Assembly (NCBI GenBank): GCA_050253415.1
Contig: JBFWJC010000001.1
Span: 1,608,679-1,672,678 of the forward strand
Direction of reading: 5' to 3'
Length of the DNA: 64,000 nucleotides
Source: Pedobacter sp.
GTDB lineage: Bacteria > Desulfobacterota > Desulfuromonadia > Desulfuromonadales > Syntrophotaleaceae
Below are positions 48,916-58,204 of the stretch, one piece after another (the first letter of the stretch is position 1; the number at the start of each line of letters is the position of its first letter). The position numbers were made by a program, and so were the translations under genes. Below the pieces are notes generated by a model, which ran no database searches, was not told the DNA's origin, and saw only the letters and a program-made list of their open reading frames with translations.

Positions 48916-51378
48916 ATGACCTTGTCAAAAAAGGAAAAGCTGCTTCAGGCAGCGCAAAAAAATATTCAGAAAGCTCAGTGGCTCAAGGCCGCCAAGGACT
49001 ACCAGAAAGTCGTCGAGCTTGATCCCAAGGATGTGAGAACCCGTCAGCGACTGGCCGAATTGCTGAACCGTGCCGGCTTGGTTTCTGAGTCTCTTGAGGC
49101 TTATGAAATTGTCGCCAAATACTATGCAGATAATGGGTTTTATCTCAAGGCTATCGCTGTTTATAAGCAGATGCAGAAGATAAGTCCCTCCGATGAAAAG
49201 ATTTATCGGCGACTTGCATTGCTGAACGAAAAACAAGGGCTTGTCGGTAATGCTCTCGGGGAATACCGGGGACTTGCAGAGCTTTACGAAAAGGCGGGCA
49301 AACTAGTCGAGCTGAATGAAATTCTGGAAAAGATGAAAGAACTCGACCCCGAGAACAGCGGGTTGCGGTTGCGCATCTGCCAGAGTTACCTTGAAGAGGA
49401 AATTTCTGACAAGGCCCACGCCGCCTTGCGAGAAACGTTGGTTCTGCTGGAAAAAAACAAAGATTTGGCTCCTACCAGAAAAATAAAAGAGCTGATTGAA
49501 ACATACCTGCCGGGCGAAATTGGCTTGAAGATCGAAGTCGGGAGGATTTTTCTGCTCTGCAATCAGCCGGAAGAAACCGTCGCTCTGTTGGCAGGGGAAG
49601 CAGATAAATATCCTGATAAAAAAGAAATCCTGCCGGTTTTGGCCCTGGCTTACCGGCAGATGACCGATTTTACCAGTGAACGTCAGGTTTATGAGTTGTT
49701 GCTTGCCGGTGAGCCCGATAATATTGACTTTCAGGAAGCCTTTGCACGCGCTTGCCTTGATTGTGGAGAGGATCAGGAAGCTCTTGACCATCTTGAACGC
49801 TGGAAAGATTCTTTTCTGCAAAAGGGCCGCCCCCAGGTTCTTAAAGAATTTTATGAACAACTGCAGGTTATGCGTGGCGATGATGCGCTAGTCCGGCAAA
49901 CCCTGCATCAGGTCTATGAAAATACCGGGGAAGGCTCGAAGTTGTTCGATCTGCTCTCTGAGGATGGCCAAAAAAGTCAACAGGTCAAGGTTGCGTCGAC
50001 AGACGAGCCGGAGGCTTCCGGTGAATGGTTTGGCAGTGAATTGCTGGAGGTCGAGGAGGGTGGTTTTTTCGAAACGGAAGCCCCTGATTCTGATGCGACC
50101 TCAATTCAAGATCAAAAACACGACGATTCTTGTGTCGCCGACAGCTTTTTGTTGCAAGAGGAGTCTCAACCGCTCCTCGGTGCGGCTGAAGAGGTTTTCG
50201 AGGGGCTGGCACAGGATGACGGCATTGCAGCCAGCGATGTCAATCTTGATCCAATGCCATCCGAGGATGATGACGACGAGGTGATTGAACTGGAACTCGA
50301 GTTGGATGAATTTGAAAGTGAATCCATACTTGAGGTCGAAGCCACTGACACCTTGTTCGAAGAGCCCGGTATCACTGATGATAACCAGGAACCGCAGGGC
50401 GGTATTGATTTCGATGCTCTGGACCTGAACAGTGGCAATGAAACGGCGGAAGGTGAAATCGAGATTTCCGCTGACAATTCATTCGACATGCAGCTTCCTA
50501 TGGCCGAACCTTCCTCTTTGCCCTCGGAGGATGCTTCGCATGCCACCTCGCCCATTGACGACAGTCTTGCCGATTTGCAGAAAGAACTTGGCGAGGTGTT
50601 TGATATGGAGTCCTTCGATCTGGAGGATGATGAGCCCGACCTTACAAGTGATCTGGAAGAAGCTGAGTTTTACGTACAACAGAACTTTTTCGAGGAAGCG
50701 CAGAAAAAATGTCAATCACTGCTTGAGCGCTCACCGCGTTGTAAGGAAGCCCTTGAGCTTCTTCGTCAGGTAGAAGAACACTTGGCGCAAAACAAGACGG
50801 CTTCTGCTGGGTCCTTGAGTGTGAAGGAGATTCCATCGGTTTCAGATGTGCCTCCTCAAACTACCGGTGATAGAGATCAAAGCCGGTTGGAAGGCAATAT
50901 CTCCGCGTTCAAAAAAGGCATTGAAGACGCTGTAGCCCAGGATGATTGCGAAACCCATTATGATTTAGGGATTGCCTACAGGGAGATGGGTTTGCTCGAT
51001 GAGGCTATCGAAGAATTCACCAAGGCCATGAGTCATCCCAGTCGCTATACCGACGCTCTGACCCTGATTGGTAACTGCCTTGTAAGCAAGGGGGATTTCG
51101 ACCAGGCGGCTGAATTGTTCAAGAAAGGCCTGCACCAGGAAAATCTCAACGAAGGAGACAGGCTTAATCTCTACTTTGAACTCGGTCAGCTAAATGTGGT
51201 TTGGGGACGGCCGCTGGAAGCCTTGGACAGTTTTCAACAGGTTGCCGATACCGATATTTCCTATCGGGATGTGGGAGATCATATCCGTAAGCTGCGTGAC
51301 GAACTTGGTCTGGACGATGGCGGGGATGTTGGCGGACCGGCTGGTGGTCCTGGTAGTAACCGTGTTTCATACCTGTGA
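48916..51378 (+). CDS. Large TPR protein: N-terminal TPRs, acidic linker, C-terminal TPRs (SgmX/FimV-like architecture)
   Basis: TPR patterns (A...Y..V..LDP), D/E-rich middle region, ETHYDLGIAYREMGLLDEAIEEF, ends RVSYL. Confidence 0.85.
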   Translation: MTLSKKEKLLQAAQKNIQKAQWLKAAKDYQKVVELDPKDVRTRQRLAELLNRAGLVSESLEAYEIVAKYYADNGFYLKAIAVYKQMQKISPSDEKIYRRLALLNEKQGLVGNALGEYRGLAELYEKAGKLVELNEILEKMKELDPENSGLRLRICQSYLEEEISDKAHAALRETLVLLEKNKDLAPTRKIKELIETYLPGEIGLKIEVGRIFLLCNQPEETVALLAGEADKYPDKKEILPVLALAYRQMTDFTSERQVYELLLAGEPDNIDFQEAFARACLDCGEDQEALDHLERWKDSFLQKGRPQVLKEFYEQLQVMRGDDALVRQTLHQVYENTGEGSKLFDLLSEDGQKSQQVKVASTDEPEASGEWFGSELLEVEEGGFFETEAPDSDATSIQDQKHDDSCVADSFLLQEESQPLLGAAEEVFEGLAQDDGIAASDVNLDPMPSEDDDDEVIELELELDEFESESILEVEATDTLFEEPGITDDNQEPQGGIDFDALDLNSGNETAEGEIEISADNSFDMQLPMAEPSSLPSEDASHATSPIDDSLADLQKELGEVFDMESFDLEDDEPDLTSDLEEAEFYVQQNFFEEAQKKCQSLLERSPRCKEALELLRQVEEHLAQNKTASAGSLSVKEIPSVSDVPPQTTGDRDQSRLEGNISAFKKGIEDAVAQDDCETHYDLGIAYREMGLLDEAIEEFTKAMSHPSRYTDALTLIGNCLVSKGDFDQAAELFKKGLHQENLNEGDRLNLYFELGQLNVVWGRPLEALDSFQQVADTDISYRDVGDHIRKLRDELGLDDGGDVGGPAGGPGSNRVSYL

Positions 51379-51458
51379 CCGCGGTTTTCCTAACGGGACA
51401 ATCGCGACTTGCCTGCGTGTCAATTTGATTAATAGCCTGCACAAAAGAGGATGGGCGG

Positions 51459-52364
51459 ATGAGTTATCTTGAGCATTTCGGTCTGGACCGGGAACCTTTT
51501 TCCAATGCACCGGATGCACGATTTTATTACAACAGTGAGCAACATCGTCAAGCCATGTTACGGTTGATGCATGTCATCGATTCAAATAAAGGGCTGGCTG
51601 TAGTCATAGGTGGTGTTGGTACCGGAAAAACGACTCTGGCTCGCAGGATGCTCGATTTTCTTGACGAAGAGCATTATGTGGCCTCGCTATTGGTGATGGT
51701 GCATTCCGGTGTAACACCCGAATGGATTTTGACCCGCATAGCTTTGCAACTCGGTGTCGAAAGCCCGGCCCTGGATCGCATGGCCTTGCTTAAACAACTG
51801 TATGATTGCCTGATAGAAATCGATGCATCCGGACGCAAAGCAGTAGTGCTTATCGATGAGGCTCAAATGCTGCAGACCCGTGAACTCATGGAAGAGTTCC
51901 GCGGATTGCTGAATCTTGAGATTCCCTCCAAGAAATTGCTTAATATTCTATTTTTCGGCCTTCCTGAAGTTGAGGATTGTCTGCGACTCGATGAACCGCT
52001 TGCCCAGCGGGTAGCGGTGAAATACCGTCTGCATTCCTACACCCACACTACCGCCGAAGCCTATATCAGTCATCGGTTGCAGGTTGCTGGAGCACGTCAA
52101 ACGATCATCGATCCCGATACCATTCCTGTCATCCACAACTATGCAGGTGGCGTCCCTCGCCTGATCAATACCATTTGTGATAATTGTTTGCTGGAAGCCT
52201 ACCTGCTCAAGCAGAGCCAGGTTACCGCCCCGATAGTCGAAAATGTGGCCGGCGATCTTGGCTTGTGCCAGCAACCATCGCAACCCTTCAAAAATGATAT
52301 GCAGGATTTGGGGGATATTGAGGATATCGACGAAATGCTTAATTCCCTCGAGCGCAAATTCTGA
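51459..52364 (+). CDS. ExeA/GspA-family AAA ATPase (no peptidoglycan-binding domain)
   Basis: Y..HFGL...PFS..PD, GGVGTGKTT, LIDEAQ, QRV, GGVPRLINTICD. Confidence 0.9.
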   Translation: MSYLEHFGLDREPFSNAPDARFYYNSEQHRQAMLRLMHVIDSNKGLAVVIGGVGTGKTTLARRMLDFLDEEHYVASLLVMVHSGVTPEWILTRIALQLGVESPALDRMALLKQLYDCLIEIDASGRKAVVLIDEAQMLQTRELMEEFRGLLNLEIPSKKLLNILFFGLPEVEDCLRLDEPLAQRVAVKYRLHSYTHTTAEAYISHRLQVAGARQTIIDPDTIPVIHNYAGGVPRLINTICDNCLLEAYLLKQSQVTAPIVENVAGDLGLCQQPSQPFKNDMQDLGDIEDIDEMLNSLERKF

Positions 52365-52454
52365 TTTAGGTCTCCCCGCTGACTTTGGGTCGTTTTATTC
52401 CCTTTATAGCTAAGCGTATATATTCTGTTTACTTTACCGTCATCGTGAGGACTG

Positions 52455-54341
52455 GTGTCTCATAAGATTCATATACTCCCGGAAGCCTTGTGCAATCAGA
52501 TTGCCGCTGGCGAGGTAGTGGAAAGACCTGCCTCGGTTGTGAAGGAACTGGTGGAGAATTCTTTAGACGCCGGTGCCAGCCGTATTCAGGTGGAAGTTGA
52601 AAATGGCGGTAAGCGCCTTATCCGGGTTAGCGATAATGGAAGCGGGATGCCCCGTGAAGATGCATTTTTGTGTCTGGAACGACATGCCACCAGTAAAGTG
52701 CGCGCCGAGAAGGATCTCTTTCAGTTGACCACTCTGGGGTTTCGCGGTGAAGCCTTGCCTTCCATTGCTGCAATATCGCGTTTCTCCTTGCGTACCCGGG
52801 TAGCCGAAGCCTTGGAAGGATGGGAGATTATTGCCGAAGGAGGTACGGTAAAACGTGCTTCCGAAGCAGGTGTGCCCCCTGGGACAAGTATCGAGATTCG
52901 CAATCTTTTTTTCAATACCCCGGCGCGTCGTAAATTTTTGCGCCGCGATGAAACGGAACTGGGTCATATCGGCGAAACCTTAACCCGTTTGGCGCTTTCC
53001 AGTCCCGAGGTCTGTTTCCGGTTCGTGCATAATGGTCGCCTGCTTTGGGAGGTGAACCGGCAGAATACCCTTGCCGAGCGGGTGGCGGAACTTTTAGGCA
53101 GGCAAGTCGTTCGCGACATGCTGTCTCTTGATTGCCATGGTCCAGAGGGTATGCGTCTTAGCGGTCTCATCTCCCGGCCAAGCTTGAGCCGGGCAGGTCT
53201 TGGGGGTGTCTACACTTTCATTAACGGGCGGTTTATCCGGGATCGAGTCGTTCAACATGCTCTGGGAGACGGTTATCGCAATCTTCTTGAAAAGGGGCGG
53301 CACCCGGTTTTGGTATTATTTCTTGAAGTCGAACCGTCGCAGGTCGACGTTAATGTGCATCCTACCAAACACGAAGTGCGTTTTCGTCAACAGGCACTGG
53401 TTCACGATTTTATCGTTCAATCCCTGCGCGATCGTTTAAGTGTGTCTTCGCAGGTAGCAGAGGTTGCACCGGGCCGTAGTCCATTCCCGATGCCGGTACG
53501 TGAGTCCCGTACACCCGCCAAGACCCCGATGCCGCAGCGCGAGCCATGCACTCCCCTGGTTGACCTGCCAAGTGTCGAAACGAAGCCTGCTTCTGGCTGT
53601 CAGGCCCCATCTCAATCTCAGATCAAGGAGTCATTGACTTCTTATCCGTCAAGGCCGGAGATCTTGGCTCAACTGGAAGTGGCTGTTTGTCCGCGGGAAT
53701 CCGATCTGTTTGGATCACTGGTTCCTTCCGATTCTCAAGACCAGGCACAAACAAGCGGTTTTTTTTCGGGGTTGCATATCATTGGGCAGTACCAGAACAG
53801 TTATCTGGTATGTCAGGCCGGCCAGGATTTGTTGCTCGTCGATCAGCATGCCGCCCATGAGCGTATCGGTTTTGAGCGACTCAAGAAGCAGTATCTTACC
53901 GGCACGGTGGAACGACAACTGCTGCTTTTTCCCGTGGTGCTGGAATTCGATTTTCGCCAGGGAAAGGTGGTTGCCGAGCATTGCGAAGCTTTGTCGCGAT
54001 TCGGATTCGCGTTGGAGCATTTTGGCAGCAATGCATTCGCGCTCAAAGAGTTGCCGCGCATGTTAAAGGAAGCCGATGCCGAACGGTTGGTTCGTGACGT
54101 GGTCGATGAGTTGTCCTCTATAGGCCGTAGCCAGCTGGTTGAGCAGGAATTCGAACGCATTTTGATCAAAATGGCGTGCCATGGGATGTTGCGTGCGAAC
54201 CAACGCTTGTCGCAAGAGGAGATGCAGGCTCTGCTTGTCGCTATGGACGAGACCCCTTTTATCAGCCATTGTCCCCACGGTCGTCCGACCTTTCTGCGTT
54301 GGACTCATGGGGATGTGGAGCGGTTGTTCAAGAGGGCCTGA
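52455..54341 (+). CDS. mutL: DNA mismatch repair endonuclease MutL
   Basis: NQIAAGEVVERPASVVKELVENSLDAG, GFRGEALPSI, DVNVHPTK, DQHAAHER, CPHGRP. Confidence 0.97.
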   Translation: MSHKIHILPEALCNQIAAGEVVERPASVVKELVENSLDAGASRIQVEVENGGKRLIRVSDNGSGMPREDAFLCLERHATSKVRAEKDLFQLTTLGFRGEALPSIAAISRFSLRTRVAEALEGWEIIAEGGTVKRASEAGVPPGTSIEIRNLFFNTPARRKFLRRDETELGHIGETLTRLALSSPEVCFRFVHNGRLLWEVNRQNTLAERVAELLGRQVVRDMLSLDCHGPEGMRLSGLISRPSLSRAGLGGVYTFINGRFIRDRVVQHALGDGYRNLLEKGRHPVLVLFLEVEPSQVDVNVHPTKHEVRFRQQALVHDFIVQSLRDRLSVSSQVAEVAPGRSPFPMPVRESRTPAKTPMPQREPCTPLVDLPSVETKPASGCQAPSQSQIKESLTSYPSRPEILAQLEVAVCPRESDLFGSLVPSDSQDQAQTSGFFSGLHIIGQYQNSYLVCQAGQDLLLVDQHAAHERIGFERLKKQYLTGTVERQLLLFPVVLEFDFRQGKVVAEHCEALSRFGFALEHFGSNAFALKELPRMLKEADAERLVRDVVDELSSIGRSQLVEQEFERILIKMACHGMLRANQRLSQEEMQALLVAMDETPFISHCPHGRPTFLRWTHGDVERLFKRA

Positions 54342-55282
54342 TGACTATCGAAGAAAAGGATATGCGGCCTCCGGTGCTTGTTCTGTGTGGCCCTACGGCT
54401 TCCGGCAAGACCTCTTTAGCCGTGCAGCTTGCCAAGTATCTGCCCATTGAAATTATATCTGCCGATTCGCGTCAGGTATATCGTTATATGGATATTGGTA
54501 CGGCGAAACCCTTGCCTGAAGAGCTTGCTGCCGCACCTCACCATCTTATCGATGTTGCCAACCCTGACGAAAATTTCACCGCCAGCGATTTCTCTCGGCT
54601 AGGGCGCCGAGCCTTGTATGCAATTCGTGAAAGAGGCCGGCTTCCTGTAATTGTGGGGGGGACCGGATTGTATATCCATGCCTTGCTGCACGGTTTGGTG
54701 GAAGCCCCCGGAGCGGACAGTCATCTACGGGCCAAGTTGATGCAGGAGGAAGAGAGGTGTGAAGGCATATTGTACGCGCGCCTGCAGTCGATAGACCCTG
54801 TGCTGGCGCAACGGTTACCCCCAAACGACCTGGTTCGCATTGTGCGGGGCCTTGAAGTGCATGCACTGAGTGGGCGCTGTCTATCCGACGTGCAGTCGGA
54901 GCATGCCCGTCGCAAATCACCCTTTCGGGTTGTTACTCTCGGGGTGACCATGCCTCGTGATGATTTATATCGACGCATTGATCAGCGTGTCTGCCAAATG
55001 ATCAAAGATGGGTTAGTGCAGGAAGTTGAAGGCCTGCTGAAGGCAGGTTATTGCGCTGAATCCAAGGCCATGCAGACTATTGGTTACAGAGAAATAGTGC
55101 AGTACATTTGTGAAAATCTGTCGCTGGAAGAGGCTGTGAGACTTATACAACGTGATTCGAGGCGCTACGCCAAGCGACAGCTGACATGGTTCAACAAGGT
55201 AAAATCAATAATTTGGCTTGATTCCTCGGGAGAGTTTGCTAAGGTATTGAAGTTAATTGAGAGTTTTTTTTATGCTACATAA
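54341..55282 (+). CDS. miaA: tRNA dimethylallyltransferase
   Basis: GPTASGKT, SADSRQVY..MDIGTAKP, VGGTGLY, IGYRE, RYAKRQLTWF; TGATG coupling with mutL. Confidence 0.96.
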   Translation: MTIEEKDMRPPVLVLCGPTASGKTSLAVQLAKYLPIEIISADSRQVYRYMDIGTAKPLPEELAAAPHHLIDVANPDENFTASDFSRLGRRALYAIRERGRLPVIVGGTGLYIHALLHGLVEAPGADSHLRAKLMQEEERCEGILYARLQSIDPVLAQRLPPNDLVRIVRGLEVHALSGRCLSDVQSEHARRKSPFRVVTLGVTMPRDDLYRRIDQRVCQMIKDGLVQEVEGLLKAGYCAESKAMQTIGYREIVQYICENLSLEEAVRLIQRDSRRYAKRQLTWFNKVKSIIWLDSSGEFAKVLKLIESFFYAT

Positions 55283-55293
55283 AAGGAGTGGCT

Positions 55294-55527
55294 ATGTCCA
55301 AGACGCCGTTTAACATCCAGGATCAGTATTTGAATCAGGCCCGTAAAGAACGCGTTCGGGTAAACATTATCATGATGTCCGGCGACAAGCTGGATGGTTT
55401 CATCAAGTCGTTTGACAGCTTTTGCGTGCTGATCGAAAGTAAGGGAGATCTGCTGCTTTATAAGCATGCCATTTCCTCCATTACTTCGGTGGATGGATCG
55501 TTTAGGCTGCATGGCGGCCGAGACTAG
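55294..55527 (+). CDS. hfq: RNA chaperone Hfq
   Basis: NIQDQYLN..RK, G.IKSFD.F, YKHAIS; miaA-hfq synteny; AAGGAG RBS. Confidence 0.95.
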   Translation: MSKTPFNIQDQYLNQARKERVRVNIIMMSGDKLDGFIKSFDSFCVLIESKGDLLLYKHAISSITSVDGSFRLHGGRD

Positions 55528-55559
55528 TTGAACGTTTAAAGGCGCCAACCTGCTCCATG

Positions 55560-55605
55560 GGCTCCTGCTGAATATTATTTGCTTGTTCAGTCTGGAGCCT
55601 TTTTT
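55560..55605 (+). terminator. Probable terminator after hfq
   Basis: ggctcc..ctgaa / ttcag..ggagcc stem followed by T6. Confidence 0.55.
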
Positions 55606-55840
55606 GTCTCTCCACCCACTATTTAAACGGTGGATGGTTCAGCTGTTGTAATGTATGAAAACATCCCTGTTCCATAAGCTACTGCAAGACAGCGGCTGAT
55701 GCGTTAATAATGGGTATTCTTTAGGGATCGCTCATCGGCGAAGGTCCTTCGTGATAAGCCCTTGCAGCCAAAGGGTTTGTCGAGGCACCCGCCACGTTTA
55801 TGCCTGATGCAGCGTTGCGGAAAATTATGAAGATACTTCC

Positions 55841-56392
55841 ATGACTATTCCCAACATGATGACTCTTGCACGTATGGCACTGGTCCCTGCTTTTTTGATC
55901 GGTGTAATCTACGGGTGGCTGCATATTGCTCTGGTCATTTTTGTCGTAGCTGCTGTTACGGATGCGTTGGACGGGTATCTGGCTCGTTGTTTTCATCAGG
56001 AATCCCAACTCGGACTGTATCTTGACCCCCTGGCTGACAAGCTGCTCAGTACGGTTTCTTATGTGTCTCTGGCTGTGATCGGTCTGATACCCGCCTGGTT
56101 GACGGTTGTTGTCGTTTTTAAAGATCTGTTCATCGGACTGGGGATCGCAATCGTCTTTTTTACAGGCCGGAAACCCAAAGTTATGCCTACCCTGTATGGG
56201 AAGGGTACGACTATCGTGCAGGTTATTACAATTGGTGCGGCATTAATCTGGAGTGTTATGGGGCTGGATGGTTCCGTTCTTGCTACTTTGTTCAAGATTA
56301 CCGGTGGCATGACAGTTCTGTCCGGTGGCCATTACATCCTGCAGGGTTTCAGACAATTGGATGAGGGGAAAAAAGCCGTGGTTTCCGCTTGA
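55841..56392 (+). CDS. CDP-alcohol phosphatidyltransferase (PgsA-like)
   Basis: IPN.MT.AR, TDALDGYLAR...G..LDPLADK. Confidence 0.9.
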   Translation: MTIPNMMTLARMALVPAFLIGVIYGWLHIALVIFVVAAVTDALDGYLARCFHQESQLGLYLDPLADKLLSTVSYVSLAVIGLIPAWLTVVVVFKDLFIGLGIAIVFFTGRKPKVMPTLYGKGTTIVQVITIGAALIWSVMGLDGSVLATLFKITGGMTVLSGGHYILQGFRQLDEGKKAVVSA

Positions 56393-56444
56393 CGGCGACC
56401 GAATTATTCTTATGGGTTTTATCGCTCTTTTGGATGGTATTTGA

Positions 56445-57257
56445 ATGACAAGTGAAAAACAATGGCAGTTAACGGCTGAAAAGGCTTCTGTCTTGCTGGA
56501 AAAAGGAGACTGGGCCGCAGCCGCGCAATTATACCGGCAGGCAATTGAGTCCGAAAAGACGGTTGCTGTATTGTATGCCGGACTTGGTGAAGCTTTGGCT
56601 GAGGGTGGTAAGCTGGAACAGGCGATCGCTGCATATCAGACGGCCTTAAAACTTGACCCCAGTGACGTGGAAAGTCAGTTCGCTATAGGGGATTTACTTT
56701 TTGAACTGGATGAGGATGACAAGGCTCTGGAATGCTATCGGCAGCTGACTTCTCATCCGGAAGAAGCAGGCGAGGCCCTGGCCAGAATGGCTTTGGTGCA
56801 TGCGAGCCGGGAGGAATACCGGAAAGCCCTTGAATTACTTGAGCAGGCCCGCAATGCCGATCCCGAATCCGCTTTTGTGCTGAATGGCCTCGGTGATGTA
56901 TATGCGGCCCTCGGCCAACCCGAGCAGGCTCTGGCGGCTTTTGAAAAGGCGTTGCAGCTTGACCCCGAAGATCCCCATATTTTACTGCATCTGGGGGATT
57001 TACAACACGATATGGGCAACACTGCCAATGCGGAACGGTTTTATCGGCAAGCCCTTGAATTGCAAGAGGACTTCCCTGAGGTGCATCTGGCTCTTGGACA
57101 TCTCATGTTGGACGAGGAACAGACGGAAAAGGCTCTCAAACATTATCGCCGGTTTCTCGATCTTGAAAAAGACCGGGATTCGCAGGATCTTATCAAAGAG
57201 GTCGCGGCGGTGGTGGAAGGGCTGGAAACCGAGTTGGGACGGCCCTCCAAAAAATAG
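56445..57257 (+). CDS. TPR repeat protein
   Basis: Tandem LG..../A...Y..AL.LDP repeats. Confidence 0.88.
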   Translation: MTSEKQWQLTAEKASVLLEKGDWAAAAQLYRQAIESEKTVAVLYAGLGEALAEGGKLEQAIAAYQTALKLDPSDVESQFAIGDLLFELDEDDKALECYRQLTSHPEEAGEALARMALVHASREEYRKALELLEQARNADPESAFVLNGLGDVYAALGQPEQALAAFEKALQLDPEDPHILLHLGDLQHDMGNTANAERFYRQALELQEDFPEVHLALGHLMLDEEQTEKALKHYRRFLDLEKDRDSQDLIKEVAAVVEGLETELGRPSKK

Positions 57258-57266
57258 GCCGGCAAT

Positions 57267-57302
57267 AAAAAAGGGCAGCCTGTGCAGGCTGCCCTTCCGT
57301 TT
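57267..57302. terminator. Terminator between convergent TPR and PxxKW genes (U-tract on the minus strand)
   Basis: aagggcagcctg/caggctgccctt perfect inverted repeat with A-run on the left. Confidence 0.75.
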
Positions 57303-57322
57303 CGTTCCCAAGAAGAAATAAG

Positions 57323-57613
57323 TTACTTCTTCTTGCCTGCGGAAGCCTTTTTGGAGGCTTTGAGCGGGTTGACTTTCTGAGTGCTGGTCTGGATTTCGAT
57401 TTTCTTGTGAGTGGCGAGATTGCACAAGCCTTGGGCCCACTTACGCTCGGGGCAAGGATACGCCGAGCAAACGGGACCGATGGTGCTTTCCACTACACGT
57501 TCGCAGCCCTGACAGGCTTCGACGATGGGCTGACAGGAATTACCTTCGAAGATACAGCCGTTCTTGCTCCAGAAGGTACACTCGGTACCGGGAAGAATAG
57601 TTTCACATTTCAT
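57323..57613 (-). CDS. Cysteine-rich small protein with PxxKW motif
   Basis: 9 Cys, PERKW, C.LATH, basic tail KVNPLKASKK; AGGAGG RBS. Confidence 0.85.
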   Translation of the reverse strand: MKCETILPGTECTFWSKNGCIFEGNSCQPIVEACQGCERVVESTIGPVCSAYPCPERKWAQGLCNLATHKKIEIQTSTQKVNPLKASKKASAGKKK

Positions 57614-57673
57614 GGGATGGTGTTGCCTCCTTTATGTCGTTCTTCTGAAAAGCTTTCGTTCTTGCAGACGGAC

Positions 57674-57703
57674 ATTATTTAACAGCTTGGTGAAATTTGT
57701 CAA
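57674..57703 (-). promoter_or_regulatory. Putative sigma70 promoter of the PxxKW gene
   Basis: TTGACA-N18-AATAAT. Confidence 0.4.
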
Positions 57704-57792
57704 TCATTAATTCCGCGGTCGCGTTTTCCCTTTTTTGCCATGGTTGGTAGGTTGGGATTTCGGTTGCCCGGAGATGGAGGAAAATACTGAAC

Positions 57793-58068
57793 ATGAATCA
57801 GGATTGGGAAAAAATCTGTCGTCGTTGTGGACAATGCTGCTACGAAAAAGTCGAGTTTGAAGGGGAAATTTATTATACCGATGATCCATGTGAGTATCTG
57901 GATCTTGAGACGCGTCTCTGTCGCGTCTACCCCGATCGTTGCGCTGTGCGTAAGGGGTGTGTCGCTCTGACGCCGAAACTGGTGTTGCAGGGTTTGCTGC
58001 CTGATGAATGTCCTTACGTAAAATATATTTTGTCACAGATTGAAAAGGGTCATCGGATTCCAGATTGA
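57793..58068 (+). CDS. YkgJ/YcgN-like cysteine-cluster protein
   Basis: CRRCGQCC, CEYLD..TRLCRVY..R, LP.ECPY; GGAGG RBS. Confidence 0.85.
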   Translation: MNQDWEKICRRCGQCCYEKVEFEGEIYYTDDPCEYLDLETRLCRVYPDRCAVRKGCVALTPKLVLQGLLPDECPYVKYILSQIEKGHRIPD

Positions 58069-58204
58069 TATCGGGAAGTAGCTGAAAACAATTAATGCTT
58101 TGGTCTTCTCCTTTGTTACAATGAAACAAGATAATGAGCTTGTCGTTTTTTACGTGATTATCGTAAGCTTTATTGGGATTCCGAATATTTACAGGAGGAA
58201 GACT

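Noticed and set aside
50000..50700. Low-complexity gat/gaa-rich stretch that might be a repeat array
   Set aside because: It is the acidic linker of the TPR protein; no fixed-length DNA repeat or spacer pattern
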